Shown here piece by piece: positions 10,229 to 19,444 of a stretch of 64,000 nucleotides of DNA. The notes under the pieces are model-generated. The model was not told where the DNA came from. It did no database searches and saw only the letters and a program-made list of their open reading frames with translations. Positions within the stretch are counted from its first letter, which is position 1; every line of letters starts with the position of its first letter. Origin of the DNA: a virus; the IMG/VR virus record IMGVR_UViG_3300045988_067909, one strand, 5' to 3'. Both the position numbers and the translations under genes were made by a program.

Positions 10229-11043
10229 TAATCTTCTCCTTTAAGTTCCTTGATGGCATTCTCACACCATGAAGTGAATTCATTAATATTGAAAGTCTTA
10301 GTATTATCATTATCCTCTAACTTGAAACGTAGTTCCATGAATATAGCTAATAGCTGTGCAAAGTTATTATCAGTAAGACGAATATAGTTATACTTGTCTA
10401 GAGTGATAATATTAAACTCTTTGGCTTTTTGTTTAGCTCTATACTCAGGCATGCTTCTTGTGTTAGGATGATCACCTCCATCTTTGACTTCGATTATGAG
10501 GTTATATGGTATATAATATATATCCGTAATCCAATTTCGTGTAACACCATTTTGGTCTACATATTGGATAGTTGGACCAGGCATCATAATATCATCACTA
10601 GGGATATGTAGAACTTTATCCATGAACTCAATAGCACGTTTCTCATATGTACCAGTATAAGTAAACATAGTACCATCAGAATATTTGTAAGTACCAGATA
10701 TACGTCTATTGGCTAACATCTTTTCTTGGTGCTCTGGATCATGCATGAATGTATATCTCCCATATACTTTATGCATATTCTCTAAAGCACGTTTACGCAT
10801 TTCTTTCTTACACTTCTCACTACAATACTTATTATATCTCCAAGTCTTTTCATTCCATTGTGTTTCATTCTTACAGATAACACAAGTTCCTTTAGACTTT
10901 TTATTAATTGTATTGAATACAATTCTAGCTGCAGAGTAACCCTCAGGGATTAGTTCTTGGTGTTTATTTTGTATATGTCTTACCAATGGTTCACGTTCTA
11001 GACGTTTCTCACAGAAAGGACATTTGAATCTTTTCGTTGCCAT
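10228..11043 (-). CDS. Zinc-finger protein with C-terminal PD-(D/E)xK (DUF559/Vsr-like) nuclease domain
   Basis: N-terminal 'CPFCEKRL...HIQNKH' C2H2-like finger plus 'CVICKNE...CSEKCKK'. C-terminal 'DIYYIPYNLIIEVKDGGDHPN' matches the D...(I/L)IEV(D/K)G core. Confidence 0.45.
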   Translation of the reverse strand: MATKRFKCPFCEKRLEREPLVRHIQNKHQELIPEGYSAARIVFNTINKKSKGTCVICKNETQWNEKTWRYNKYCSEKCKKEMRKRALENMHKVYGRYTFMHDPEHQEKMLANRRISGTYKYSDGTMFTYTGTYEKRAIEFMDKVLHIPSDDIMMPGPTIQYVDQNGVTRNWITDIYYIPYNLIIEVKDGGDHPNTRSMPEYRAKQKAKEFNIITLDKYNYIRLTDNNFAQLLAIFMELRFKLEDNDNTKTFNINEFTSWCENAIKELKGED

Positions 11044-11140
11044 ATGTACCTCCTTTAGGGCAGTTTACATGTATGTTTTCACAGGGCTAACTTTATAATA
11101 AGATGCTTAAAGCTACCCAAATAAGCCGAAAGGAGGCATT

Positions 11141-11542
11141 ATGGATACTAATAAATATAAGACATCATCTAAGATTAAAGAATATGCTTTATCGGTAGAT
11201 TCATTTAATAAACCAACAGAATATACTAATGCTAGAGCTATAGCTGTAGATATTATTAGACTATTCTTATTAGAACCTGGTACATTACAAAACAATCCAG
11301 ACTGTGGTATTGGTTTGTATAGTAGATATAAGTTTATAAATAGTGATAGACTACATGAACTAGAAGATACTGCCAAGAATCAAATACAAACATATCTTGC
11401 TCCTATGTCTTCTATTACAGTAGACTGCTCATTTATCAACGTAAATGTATTACTTATTAGAATGACTATTGACACATCTTCTGTCAATCTAGTTTTTAAT
11501 AAGGATAACCTTACTTTAAAAGATATTTCCAATTATAATTAA
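11141..11542 (+). CDS. Hypothetical protein (133 aa)
   Basis: 'gaaaggaggcattATG'. First gene of the + block. Confidence 0.5.
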   Translation: MDTNKYKTSSKIKEYALSVDSFNKPTEYTNARAIAVDIIRLFLLEPGTLQNNPDCGIGLYSRYKFINSDRLHELEDTAKNQIQTYLAPMSSITVDCSFINVNVLLIRMTIDTSSVNLVFNKDNLTLKDISNYN

Positions 11543-11555
11543 GGAGGACTATTAG

Positions 11556-13310
11556 ATGGAAAAGAAAACTCTTTCCTTATCTGATTTGCAAGCTGAAGCT
11601 AATGTATCTGCAGAAGAAAATAATGCTGTAGAAACACCAGCTGAAGATACACCTGTAACGCCACAACCTGTAGAAGAGGAAGCACCTAAAAGTATTCGTG
11701 ATAATCCACTATACAACTTAGGCAATCCTACAGAAGATGCTATCAAAGAAGTAGCAATCGAAGATGTAGCTAAGTATGAAAATGAAAACTTTGCTGAAAA
11801 AGAATACGAAAAGAAAATGAATGACTTCGATGAACAAACTCGTCGAGCATTCCAACGTCGTTTCGGTCCAGCTATCGAAGAAGTTCAACGTATGGCTGAT
11901 GAATACGAAGAACGTAAAGAAATCGAAGGTGGAGATGTACGTGTAGTTTCTACTTATGATAAGAATGCTGAAGTAAATCCTGATGAAGCTCTTACTAAAG
12001 AAGAAATCGAAGAACGTAATGCTATTGCTTTAGCAGAAGCACGTAAGAAATCTCCAGCTAAGAAAGTTGAAACTAAAACAGTAGAAACTCCGACTACAGT
12101 TAAAGAAGAAACTGTAGATGATATTGAAGCTGAACTATTAGACCAACCTACAGTACCAGAACAAACTGTAGTTGATCCAGAAGATGATGATAAAGAATTA
12201 GATATCATTGATGATGATATTATTAATGACTTAGGTCTAGCAGATGAAATGCGTGAAATTGAAGAAAAAGAACGTGAAGAACGATTAAACAAACGTATGT
12301 CTACGTTCAAAGATCAATTACGTACTATGCTAGTTCCTAATAAAGCAAAAACTGATTTATCTAAATTCAAGATTCTTAAATCTACTATGCCAGCAAGTAA
12401 TATCTTAAGTAAACAAGCTGAAGAAACTCCATATTACACTTGGGTATTACCTTATACCGGTATTTCTGTATCTGTTTCTCCATTGTCCGCTATTGAAATC
12501 CAAAACTTAATTAATACAGAAGAAGGACGTAATAACGTTGAAGCTGCACGTGCTCAATTCGAATTGATTTGGAAACACTTGCATCCTAAATGTAATGCTG
12601 GGTCTTTTGAAAACTGGTGTAAGAAAATTCACTATGCTGATATTGACCACTTATACTTCGCTGTATATAAAGCATGCTTCCAAAATGCTAATATCATTGG
12701 CTTCCAATGTCAAAATACTAAATGTGATAATATCTTTGCAGAAAAACGTGAAATCATGGAAATGGTTAAATTCGGTTCTGATAAAGATAAAGAGCTATTC
12801 GATAAGCTTTACCAAAAAGACCCATCTGTAGATTGCACTTTAGAAGAAGACTTAATGGAAGTCTCTGATAAATATGCTATTGGTGTAGGCCCTATCACAT
12901 TATACAATATCCTATTTGAAATTAACTTCGTAGATAAAGCTATGACTGAAAAGTATGATACTTTCGTTGGTATGGCCGCTACTATTAAATCCTTATATCG
13001 TATTGATGAAGAAAAAGAAGCATTGATTCCTATCGCTTTCCGTACAGATAAGAATGATGTAGTTAAGACATACAAATATCGTATTGCTTCTCTATACAAA
13101 ATCTTCAATACTTTAAGTGATATTGACTTAAACGATATCAGTGATCGTATTGGTGAGTATGCTGATAGATATGCTGATTCCATTGATATTTCTTACCAAA
13201 TGCCAGCGGCTACATGTCCTGAATGTGGTGATGAAATCCAAGCTGCTGAGGCTCCAGCTCAACAATTGGTTTTTATACGACATCGGCTAGTACAAGTTTT
13301 GAACTCCTAG
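11556..13310 (+). CDS. Abundant protein with ~290-aa acidic low-complexity N-terminal region and Cys-containing C-terminal domain
   Basis: TAAGGAGG SD, strong codon bias. C-terminal 'CPECGDE' and 'FQCQNTKCDN' suggest a zinc ribbon. Confidence 0.65.
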   Translation: MEKKTLSLSDLQAEANVSAEENNAVETPAEDTPVTPQPVEEEAPKSIRDNPLYNLGNPTEDAIKEVAIEDVAKYENENFAEKEYEKKMNDFDEQTRRAFQRRFGPAIEEVQRMADEYEERKEIEGGDVRVVSTYDKNAEVNPDEALTKEEIEERNAIALAEARKKSPAKKVETKTVETPTTVKEETVDDIEAELLDQPTVPEQTVVDPEDDDKELDIIDDDIINDLGLADEMREIEEKEREERLNKRMSTFKDQLRTMLVPNKAKTDLSKFKILKSTMPASNILSKQAEETPYYTWVLPYTGISVSVSPLSAIEIQNLINTEEGRNNVEAARAQFELIWKHLHPKCNAGSFENWCKKIHYADIDHLYFAVYKACFQNANIIGFQCQNTKCDNIFAEKREIMEMVKFGSDKDKELFDKLYQKDPSVDCTLEEDLMEVSDKYAIGVGPITLYNILFEINFVDKAMTEKYDTFVGMAATIKSLYRIDEEKEALIPIAFRTDKNDVVKTYKYRIASLYKIFNTLSDIDLNDISDRIGEYADRYADSIDISYQMPAATCPECGDEIQAAEAPAQQLVFIRHRLVQVLNS

Positions 13311-13357
13311 ACCAAGTCAATAGGCTATCTTATGAGTATCGTGGGCGAATAACTATC

Positions 13358-13630
13358 ATGGAGATTATGAATGCTCCTGTATGGTATATGGTAGCCCTAC
13401 GATACTTTAAATACCAAGAACGTGTAACTGCTAAAAAGAAACAAAAAGAAGATGATATTAAAGCCAAAGCTAAAAAGCAAAGCTTTAATAAGAATAAATA
13501 CACTGGTAGACAGTTACTAGAGATGGATATAGCCAGAGAAAATGGTCACCATATCCCTGGTTTCGAAGGATTAACTAGAGACGAAGCTGATGATCTTAAT
13601 GAACAAATGATGGAAGAAGGTCTCATCTAA
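13358..13630 (+). CDS. Small basic/acidic protein (90 aa) translationally coupled to the radical-SAM gene
   Basis: Its stop overlaps the next gene's start (ATCTAATG). The frame stays open upstream back into the 3' end of the preceding gene. Confidence 0.45.
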   Translation: MEIMNAPVWYMVALRYFKYQERVTAKKKQKEDDIKAKAKKQSFNKNKYTGRQLLEMDIARENGHHIPGFEGLTRDEADDLNEQMMEEGLI

Positions 13631-14694
13631 TGTATACTATACCTAAGAAAGCAATTAATACTTTAGATGATTTTACTCTATCAAACTTAGAATTGATTCT
13701 AAATAAAGACTGTAATATGGCTTGTAGTTATTGCTTCTTATATGGTGATACAAATAGTGGTGAAAGATTCTCCAGATGGGATGACTTATTAGAGATGCTT
13801 AAGAATATAAATATATCTGAAACATTATCTGTTGGGCTAGACTCTGGAGAATTATTTACCCCTGATAGATTACCATTAGTTATGAAAGCTATGAGAGTCT
13901 TAAAAAAAATTACTAGGTATAAAAACACTACAATAGATTGGTGTACTTATAGTAATGGTACTAACTTCGAGCCTATAAGAGATTTCTTAATAGCAACTCA
14001 GGGTGAGAATAGAACCATTAGTGTATCATATGATGGCGAAGATTCATATAGAAGACTTAAGAACAATAAACCATCTAATACATTAGACACTCTTAAGAGA
14101 TTAAGTGAATCTGGATTTGCTAATGATATCATTATCAGATATGCTATTACAGAGAAAGTGTATAATATGAAAGAGACTTTCGATGCTCTATACAAATTAG
14201 GATATAAGAATATTGAATACTATTTTATACGTAATTATAATTCTTATACCATTCCACTAGTTGTGGATACTTTTAGAAAGAGTCTTACTGATACACTTAA
14301 CTATGTAAAAGATACTGATATTGATTTGTATAATCTACATGATTACTATAGCAATCAAAATCCAACCGTTATTTGTAACTATGGTAATATGCTCACTATA
14401 ACACCTAACGGTAAAATGAGTACTTGCTGTGCAGTCTATGAGGGTATCTATGCTGATAATGTAGAAGCTGATCTATTAGAGTATAATCGTATACCTGAAC
14501 TATATAACTCTTTCGAAGCTAACTATATCTATGATAGGTCTAAAAGTGAATGTGCAGTATGTACAAATCAAATGTGTAAAGAATGCTGTTCATATAAAGC
14601 TATTGGAAGAGATAAATATTATAATAAGAGACACCATCAACAGTGTCATATTAGGCATGCTGAACTAGCTGTCTATGATTCTATTTTTAATTGA
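13630..14694 (+). CDS. Radical SAM enzyme with C-terminal SPASM/twitch-like Cys cluster
   Basis: 'CNMACSYCF' (CxxxCxxC) at residues 29-36. 'ITPNGKMSTCC' resembles the SPASM start 'v.pdGdvypC'. 'CAVCTNQMCKECC' Cys cluster. 354 aa, a size typical of anSME-like maturases. Confidence 0.75.
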   Translation: MYTIPKKAINTLDDFTLSNLELILNKDCNMACSYCFLYGDTNSGERFSRWDDLLEMLKNINISETLSVGLDSGELFTPDRLPLVMKAMRVLKKITRYKNTTIDWCTYSNGTNFEPIRDFLIATQGENRTISVSYDGEDSYRRLKNNKPSNTLDTLKRLSESGFANDIIIRYAITEKVYNMKETFDALYKLGYKNIEYYFIRNYNSYTIPLVVDTFRKSLTDTLNYVKDTDIDLYNLHDYYSNQNPTVICNYGNMLTITPNGKMSTCCAVYEGIYADNVEADLLEYNRIPELYNSFEANYIYDRSKSECAVCTNQMCKECCSYKAIGRDKYYNKRHHQQCHIRHAELAVYDSIFN

Positions 14695-14711
14695 TATTTT
14701 CGGAGACATAA

Positions 14712-15035
14712 ATGGACTTACTAGAGTTTTCATCTAAATTTATTATGGGAGAAACAGATGCATTATCTACATTTTGTCGTCTATTTACCGAGAATAATAT
14801 CTTATACTTTATGCTAGCACCATATGGATGTCTTGGTAATAAAATTGTCAAGTCTGACTTATGTGAAGATAGTGTAGCAGTTACTATATTTGGTAATAAA
14901 TCAAATATTAATGCGTTTAAAAGCATTGAAACAGATTACAATGGGAAGGTAATAAATCGCCATAACACGAATATTGCAATTTCCTGTGTATGTCATAAGC
15001 CAACTGAAATACAAATGGTTTTCAGTAGAGTTTAG
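14712..15035 (+). CDS. Hypothetical Cys-containing protein (107 aa)
   Basis: 'cggagacataaATG'. Immediately downstream of the radical-SAM gene. Confidence 0.4.
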   Translation: MDLLEFSSKFIMGETDALSTFCRLFTENNILYFMLAPYGCLGNKIVKSDLCEDSVAVTIFGNKSNINAFKSIETDYNGKVINRHNTNIAISCVCHKPTEIQMVFSRV

Positions 15036-15110
15036 ATGTGTAAATTCCCATAGTCCACATATAGGACTATGGGATTTCTACATATTAATAACTACGGAGG
15101 TTATAAAAAT

Positions 15111-16790
15111 ATGGCAGATAAACTTAGAGGAGATCATTTAGAGGTCTCTTTATTAGATATGGATGACTTCGTAAAGAAGAATAATCTACAACCTATAACG
15201 AATCCTATATTTTTTGATGTGAATGGTAATCCAACTGATGATGGATTACTATCTAATATCATCTTTGGTATTACTAAGCAAACACGTGCTGGTACTTTTG
15301 CTTATATTGATTTACATGGTAGATTCTTAGCACCATTGGTATACAAGATCTGGGGTAAGATTGATCGTAAACTAAAAGAAATTGTTAAAGGTACTAAGTT
15401 CTTTAAAATAGATTCGGATGGTCAATTTGTTGAAGATGAGAATGGTGAAACTGGTTTAGACTTCTTATATAAGAATATAGACAAGGTTAAGTTTAGAGAG
15501 ACTGGTTCTACTAAACGTAGTCGTTTTATTAAGTTCTTAGAACGTAACCGTAAGAACTTCTTCATTACTAAACTATTAATCATTCCACCATACTATCGTG
15601 ACGTTAAAAGTGATGGTGGTAAAGTCTCAGTTGGTGATATTAATAAGCTATACCAAAACGTATTAGTATCAGCTAAGTCTTTAGAAGAATCTAAATACTA
15701 TGGTATTAATATCGGTGATGCTAATAAGGGACGTATACAAGACTTACTATTAGAAATCTATAACTGGTTTGGCTCTGGTACAGAGTCTAATCCTAATGGT
15801 GGTATTCCTGGTAAGTTTGGTGTATTACGTCGTACTAATATTAGTAAGACTACAGACTATGCTACACGTTTAGTTATGTCTTCTCCAAATCTTAAAGTTG
15901 AAAATCTTGAAGATATCGAAGCTAACTTAGAATACTCAGTATTACCAATGACTTCAGCTGCAGCTAACTTCTTCCCATTTGTATTATTCCATATGAGAAG
16001 ATTCTTTGAAGAGCAATTTGCTGGACGTACAGTATACGAATGTATTGGTTCCAAGGGTGAAGTCTTATATCCTAGAATAGATGATTGGCAAACGTATTTC
16101 AATGATCTAGTTCTTAAGAAAGAGTTAGACCGTTTCATTCATGGTTATTCTGATAGATTTAGACCAATAGAAGCACCTATTAGTTCTAAAGAGATGGAAC
16201 GTATTGGTTATAAGGGTAAAACTTTATACATGAAATTTAAAGCACGTTTTAAACGAGTTGAAGATATTGCTGAAGATAAAGATTCTGGTGTAGCAAAAGA
16301 GCTTCAACGTAAACTAACTTGGTGTGATGTAATCTTTATGGCTGCTACAGAAGCTATAAAAGATAAAATGATTCTTATATCACGTTTCCCTATAGATACA
16401 TTCTATAACCAGTTCTCTACTAAATGTAAATTATCATCTACTATTGAAACTGAAAGTATAGAATTTGATGGTAAGTTCTATAAGAACTATCCTAAGATTC
16501 GTGATGAATACATTGGCACTAATACTGCAAATAAGTTTATTGATACAATGAATATCTGTAATGCTTATTTGGAATCTATTGGTGGTGACTATGATGGTGA
16601 TATGGTAACCATCAAAGGCATATTCACAGATGAAGCTAACGCTGAACTTAAAAAGCAACTAGAGTCTAATGTCCATTTTATTGACTTAGGTTGTAAAGCA
16701 GTAATAGCTAATACTAACGAATGTATCCAAGCATTGTTCTCTTTAACTATGACATTAGATGGGGATGTACTTACTGACCCTAAATTTTAA
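15111..16790 (+). CDS. Multisubunit RNA polymerase beta-prime-like subunit, N-terminal half (catalytic DxDGD)
   Basis: 'YIDLHGRFLAPLVYKIW' (beta' 'RMGHIELAAPVAHIWF'). 'LIIPPYYRDVKSDGG..INKLYQNV' (beta' 'LPPDLRPLVPLDGGRF..LNDLYRRV'). 'IGGDYDGDMVT' (NADFDGDQM). ATG at 15111 with a GGAGGT SD; the ORF track starts 42 nt earlier. Confidence 0.8.
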   Translation: MADKLRGDHLEVSLLDMDDFVKKNNLQPITNPIFFDVNGNPTDDGLLSNIIFGITKQTRAGTFAYIDLHGRFLAPLVYKIWGKIDRKLKEIVKGTKFFKIDSDGQFVEDENGETGLDFLYKNIDKVKFRETGSTKRSRFIKFLERNRKNFFITKLLIIPPYYRDVKSDGGKVSVGDINKLYQNVLVSAKSLEESKYYGINIGDANKGRIQDLLLEIYNWFGSGTESNPNGGIPGKFGVLRRTNISKTTDYATRLVMSSPNLKVENLEDIEANLEYSVLPMTSAAANFFPFVLFHMRRFFEEQFAGRTVYECIGSKGEVLYPRIDDWQTYFNDLVLKKELDRFIHGYSDRFRPIEAPISSKEMERIGYKGKTLYMKFKARFKRVEDIAEDKDSGVAKELQRKLTWCDVIFMAATEAIKDKMILISRFPIDTFYNQFSTKCKLSSTIETESIEFDGKFYKNYPKIRDEYIGTNTANKFIDTMNICNAYLESIGGDYDGDMVTIKGIFTDEANAELKKQLESNVHFIDLGCKAVIANTNECIQALFSLTMTLDGDVLTDPKF

Positions 16791-16800
16791 CAAAAGAAAT

Positions 16801-16827
16801 CCCAGTATAGTCAATGACTATACTGGG
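16801..16827. terminator. Bidirectional terminator hairpin 'cccagtatagtc-aat-gactatactggg'
   Basis: 12-bp perfect stem between convergent genes. T-tract 'tatattttac' on the + side. Confidence 0.55.
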
Positions 16828-16833
16828 TATATT

Positions 16834-17193
16834 TTACATTCTTTTACGTTTATTGCCATTGAGTAATCCATTAATTTGTGTAATAGTAGTCTTCTGTACA
16901 TTAATAGCTTTGAAGTATTCTTTATTGATTTCTTCAAACTCTTTACTTCTAGGGTCTAGTATATTCATAAAATTACGGAATAACCCAACAAACGTCACTT
17001 TTGCAGAATATCGTTGGTTTTTAAACCAAGCAGATGTTTTAGCTGATTGATATACATTCATAAGATATTCAAGTTTTTCAAACTTATTATCTTGGCAAGC
17101 TTTCCATCCCTCATTTATAGTCTGAGCATATTCAAACTTGCCACAGTCTGCAATGAAATATATCAAATCGTCTATTCTAGATAAATTTGCCAT
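16834..17193 (-). CDS. Hypothetical protein (119 aa)
   Basis: Balanced amino-acid composition. The overlapping + ORF is hydrophobic junk. Confidence 0.5.
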   Translation of the reverse strand: MANLSRIDDLIYFIADCGKFEYAQTINEGWKACQDNKFEKLEYLMNVYQSAKTSAWFKNQRYSAKVTFVGLFRNFMNILDPRSKEFEEINKEYFKAINVQKTTITQINGLLNGNKRKRM

Positions 17194-17208
17194 GCAACAC
17201 AGTTCCCT

Positions 17209-19272
17209 TTAAATAGTTATAATATTAGTATAGTTTACATTTTCCTTTTCGAATCTAGTTATACCAATAGACTCTAATGGGAAGTTCTTGATATTGGTAT
17301 TGATGATTTCAAAATAATCAGCATAGTCTAATACCCAGCTTGGTAAGTGTTCATCTGCTGGTACTGCAACGGCAAGTATCTCTCCCTTATACGTTGCTCT
17401 ATTATTATCAAAGAACTTAATAAGTCTTTCATATACCGCAGGATTAGACTGCTGTAATTCACCAATGTTTTTCTCTCTAATATTAACTTTAAGTATCTCT
17501 AAATAGTTTCTGCTATCTAAATCTATTGGTTCAGTACCCTCATCACGAATAGCTTCATTATACGCAATAGCTGCTTTAATACCTTGTATTCTCATAGGGT
17601 CTGCATATGAAGATATAGATTTTACAGATACTGGTTTGTAATAGTCTTTCTCTCCAGACTTGATACTATCATGGATATTTTTTTCAATCTTAGCTAGTAA
17701 ACCAATAACTTCTAATTGGTCTACTTCAGGTTTAAGTAATACTTTCTCTCTAAGTATTCCTTGAAGCTCATCTTTAATACTGTCTTTAAATACAGACTTA
17801 TTGATAGGAAGACCTTTAATATCCATTTGCTTATTCTTAGGTACTATATTACCCTCTTGAAGCTCTTGGATTGTAGCGTAGTTCTTCTTAGCTGGTGTAA
17901 GTAATGCACGTTTAAATAAGAACTCATTCTTCATGTCAATAAGACATACCTTGTATGGTGTCAAAGTATTATACTGCTCAGCAATAAGATGGAAATGAGA
18001 TTTAAGAATCTTACTTACGATATAGCATAAGATATTTACACTGGAAATGCGTACTGCATCATAACCCTCGGTAATCTTAGTCTCTTCTTCCACTTCTTCG
18101 ATTTCATCAGTATAGAAGTTGTATAACTCTTTTCTCTCTTTAGTTACAACTTCCTTGAGGTCATTGACTAATGTACAATCATGGTCTACTAAGATATTAT
18201 CTACAAGATGAATCCATTTATCTGTACTAATTACAGAAGAATCTGTATCTGTAAGTAATACGATATCCCTAGTCATAGTAGAGCATCTTTCAAACTTATC
18301 AGATACAATGTATCTCATATAACACCATTCCATAAATATAGTTGTAAGTTTATTTAGACTTTCAACTATATTCTCTGGTGGTTCATTAGGGTTCATAAAT
18401 GGTTCATTAATACCACTAAAGATATTCTTAATTAAGTCTTGTACGTGAGATGAATCAACTACAAGTCTATATAAGTTATTCTTATAGTATATCTTATTAA
18501 GTACTTCTTGAGATTGATACATCAAGATATTCCAAATGATATCACTATACTTACTGAAATGCTCTTCTGTATCATTAACCCATACGCCACAAGACTCTAT
18601 AACTTTCTTATAGACTTCTTCTATAGGTATATCTCTAGACAACTCTAGTTCTCTACTATAGATATGAGATGGTTCTTTAATAATCCTATTCAAGAATACT
18701 ACAGCTTCATCTATATTCTGGAACTTAAGATTATTAGTGAAGATTTGTTCAAATAAACTAATAGCATGAGTAATAAGCATACGACCTGTAGCTGTAGTCC
18801 CTACTGCAACGTATAAGTTATATGATGCTGATGCTGGTGAACCAATATCACCATATGTAGCATTACCATCACGTTTAGCTAATAGCTGTAATAGATTATA
18901 CTTATTAAATTCATCTGAACCCTTAGGGAATTCAAACATCTTCTTCTTATAAGCTTTACGTTTAGTTACATAAGACTCTAATAGTCTGTAGAATGGTGTA
19001 AACCCCTCTTCGTGTTGTTTAAACAAACACCCATTAGGAACTAAGATAGGTTTATCTGTCTCTATCTTATTAACTAAATCAGTTAACTGTAAGTCAACTA
19101 CAATATCTTTATAGTTATTATCTATACGTACATCTGGATTATTAAACTTCCGTTCAATAGCATCTTCAATGAAGAACTGTATTTCATCTATAGTCAATGT
19201 CGGGAACTGCATACGTAATAACGTAGTCATTTCCTCTTTGTATTTCTTAATCACATTCAAATCTAGTTTCAT
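17209..19272 (-). CDS. Family-B DNA polymerase, polymerase-domain (C-terminal) fragment
   Basis: Motif B 'KRDGNATYG' (Kx3NSxYG). Motif C 'VLLTDTDSSV' (YGDTDS). No DxxSLYPS motif A and no exonuclease motifs. AGGAGGT SD. Confidence 0.65.
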   Translation of the reverse strand: MKLDLNVIKKYKEEMTTLLRMQFPTLTIDEIQFFIEDAIERKFNNPDVRIDNNYKDIVVDLQLTDLVNKIETDKPILVPNGCLFKQHEEGFTPFYRLLESYVTKRKAYKKKMFEFPKGSDEFNKYNLLQLLAKRDGNATYGDIGSPASASYNLYVAVGTTATGRMLITHAISLFEQIFTNNLKFQNIDEAVVFLNRIIKEPSHIYSRELELSRDIPIEEVYKKVIESCGVWVNDTEEHFSKYSDIIWNILMYQSQEVLNKIYYKNNLYRLVVDSSHVQDLIKNIFSGINEPFMNPNEPPENIVESLNKLTTIFMEWCYMRYIVSDKFERCSTMTRDIVLLTDTDSSVISTDKWIHLVDNILVDHDCTLVNDLKEVVTKERKELYNFYTDEIEEVEEETKITEGYDAVRISSVNILCYIVSKILKSHFHLIAEQYNTLTPYKVCLIDMKNEFLFKRALLTPAKKNYATIQELQEGNIVPKNKQMDIKGLPINKSVFKDSIKDELQGILREKVLLKPEVDQLEVIGLLAKIEKNIHDSIKSGEKDYYKPVSVKSISSYADPMRIQGIKAAIAYNEAIRDEGTEPIDLDSRNYLEILKVNIREKNIGELQQSNPAVYERLIKFFDNNRATYKGEILAVAVPADEHLPSWVLDYADYFEIINTNIKNFPLESIGITRFEKENVNYTNIITI

Positions 19273-19444
19273 AGCTCATACCTCCTGGTTAGTTTGGTGT
19301 TTTAAGCTATGTATTTTTGTATTTTTAAACCAGATTGCTAGCTATAGCTATAACAATACAGTAATCGTGGTTACCAAAACCATATAAATCCAAGAAAAAT
19401 ATTTTTCTTTTAAATCAATTCTTAATATTAAGGAGGATTATCTC

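Noticed and set aside
16814-17050. 78-aa hydrophobic plus-strand ORF
   Set aside because: The overlapping minus-strand ORF 16834..17193 has balanced composition and continues the minus-strand operon. The terminator at 16801..16827 already closes the plus-strand unit.
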